Below, one piece after another: positions 62,609 to 64,000 of a DNA stretch of 64,000 bases. The stretch lies in assembly GCF_009914755.1 (NCBI RefSeq), contig NC_060932.1. One strand, given 5' to 3'. The notes beneath the pieces were generated by a model, which saw only the letters and a list, made by a program, of their open reading frames with translations, did no database searches and had not been told where the DNA came from. Every line of letters begins with the position of its first letter. Position 1 is the first letter of the stretch. The DNA is from the human T2T-CHM13v2.0 reference genome, Homo sapiens. Position numbers and translations under genes: made by a program.

Positions 62609-63222
62609 TGTTATATATAAAATTTTGGTGTTGCAAAAGAAATAGCATTTGAATATAAATTAAAAAGAATTTTAATAAATTTTTTAAATTAAAAATTAAA
62701 TATTTAATAAATTTTATTAAATAAATTTAATAAAAGTTTAAAAATTAATACTTTTTTTAAATTTTTAGCAAGGCAAGTTATTTTTATATAGAAGGGTGCG
62801 CCCTTACAGGTGGAGCAATGGTGAGTGCACACTTGGACAAGGGAGGGGAAGGGGATTTTATCCCTGACGCACGTGGCCCCTGCTGCTGTGTCATTTTCCT
62901 ATTGGCTAGGGTTAGACTGCACAGGTTAAACTAATTTTGATTGGCTAATTTAAATAGAATGACTGGGTGAGTGCTTTGGCGGGAGTCAGGGCAGAGCAGG
63001 TAGCAGGTAATTGGAATGAGTTAGGGTGGAGCAGGTGATTGGAATGTAGTAGGGTGGAGCAGGTGAGTTAGGGTGGAGTAGGTAACTGGAATGAGTTAGG
63101 GTGGAGTAGGTAATTGAAAAAGGTTGCTTTACAAGGAAGTTAAATTTAAAAGTAGAAGGCAAAGAATTGAACATACTGACATATTAATTTTTTGAAAAGA
63201 AATTTAGAACTCATATCTAACA
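62609..63222 (-). mobile_element. LTR10F-like (HERV-I/HERVIP10) solo LTR with internal VNTR
   Basis: Minus strand begins TGTTAGATATGAGTTCTAAATTTC, ends TATATAACA; 4-bp TSD TTGG; tandem units at 62980-63115. Confidence 0.88.
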
Positions 63223-63954
63223 TTGGCCTCTTTGATAAGCATTTAATTGCTTGATTGAGATGAAACCTGGGTTTGCTAAAATGCCTAGTGTCATGGGGTC
63301 AGGAGGATCAGCAACTAGGAGCCTGGGATCAAGGCTTCAGTCCAAGGAGAAACAAGTGTGATAGGAGTGGACTCAATCATTAAGAAGAGTGGTTTAAGAC
63401 AGGGACACACTCTAGAAGTGGTAACGAGAGTCGGTATTGTACCAAGCTACAAGTTAGAGAGTAGGGTCCAGGAGTATGAAATGAAGCAATTGTAACAGTG
63501 ATGGATCAGGGCTGAAGCAGTCCGCAAGGTTAACTCCAAAGGGTGTCTCCTGAGGAAATCACACTTTACCTAAGGACAATATCCATCAGAGTTTTAAAGG
63601 ATTGCTGAGCCTGCCAGTTGGCAGTGTGTGTGCATGTGTGAAGACACATGTGTGTCTGGGGAGAGAGTCATGTGACTTGGGATATGGGCATTGAAGACAG
63701 GCAAGAGTTATATTTAAGCCAGATGAAAAAGAAATTGCCTAGAGTGATTTATTAGGCAATAAGTTATTAGATCATCAGTGGGCTCTTATGTGGCAAAGAA
63801 TCTGTTTGTTTCTTCATTTTACTTATATACATGTTTGCTTTTCATGTCTTTCTTCCAAAAATGTTTTGAAGTCACTAAAAAGTATTCAAAATTGACTCTG
63901 TATGGATTCAGAAGTCAGAACTAGGACAAATGGTGAATATTATTAGAAATCCAT

Positions 63955-64000
63955 CCTGCCAGACACTGTGGCTCATGCCTGTAATCACAACATTTTGGGA
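63955..64000 (+). mobile_element. Alu 5' end, cut by the window edge
   Basis: GTGGCTCATGCCTGTAATCACAACATTTTGGGA. Confidence 0.8.

Noticed and set aside
62980-63115. Regularly spaced repeats as a novel array
   Set aside because: Known internal VNTR of LTR10

Overview
Great-ape/human-type (hominoid) genomic DNA, non-coding and repeat-dense. I recognise no host protein-coding exon, RNA gene or CRISPR-like array; almost every ORF in the track is an Alu, L1 or LTR read-through. The dominant feature is a full-length (~6.03 kb) minus-strand L1PA2-type LINE-1 (20690-26717, 15-bp TSD). Its ORF1 is broken (one nonsense, one frameshift), its ORF2 has a single 1-bp deletion after intact EN and RT domains, and its antisense ORF0 (71 aa) is intact. 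Two more young L1PA2-type insertions lie to its left (one twin-primed/5'-inverted, one with almost no TSD). The window also holds about 12 Alus (one AluYd-type), about a dozen solo LTRs (MER41-like, LTR1, LTR10F-like, THE1, MLT1/2, LTR16), MER DNA transposons and old L1M/L2/MIR/CR1 debris. The left ~40 kb is AT-rich and L1-packed; the right ~24 kb has more unique DNA and a strong CTCF motif. Most notable: the intact ORF0/antisense promoter, an apparently APOBEC-edited LTR10 that lost its AP-1 motifs, several fold-back/templated-insertion scars, and a divergent CTCF motif pair. I found no convincing evidence of a wholly new biological system. Subfamily names come from recalled consensus sequences, and boundaries of old elements are approximate.
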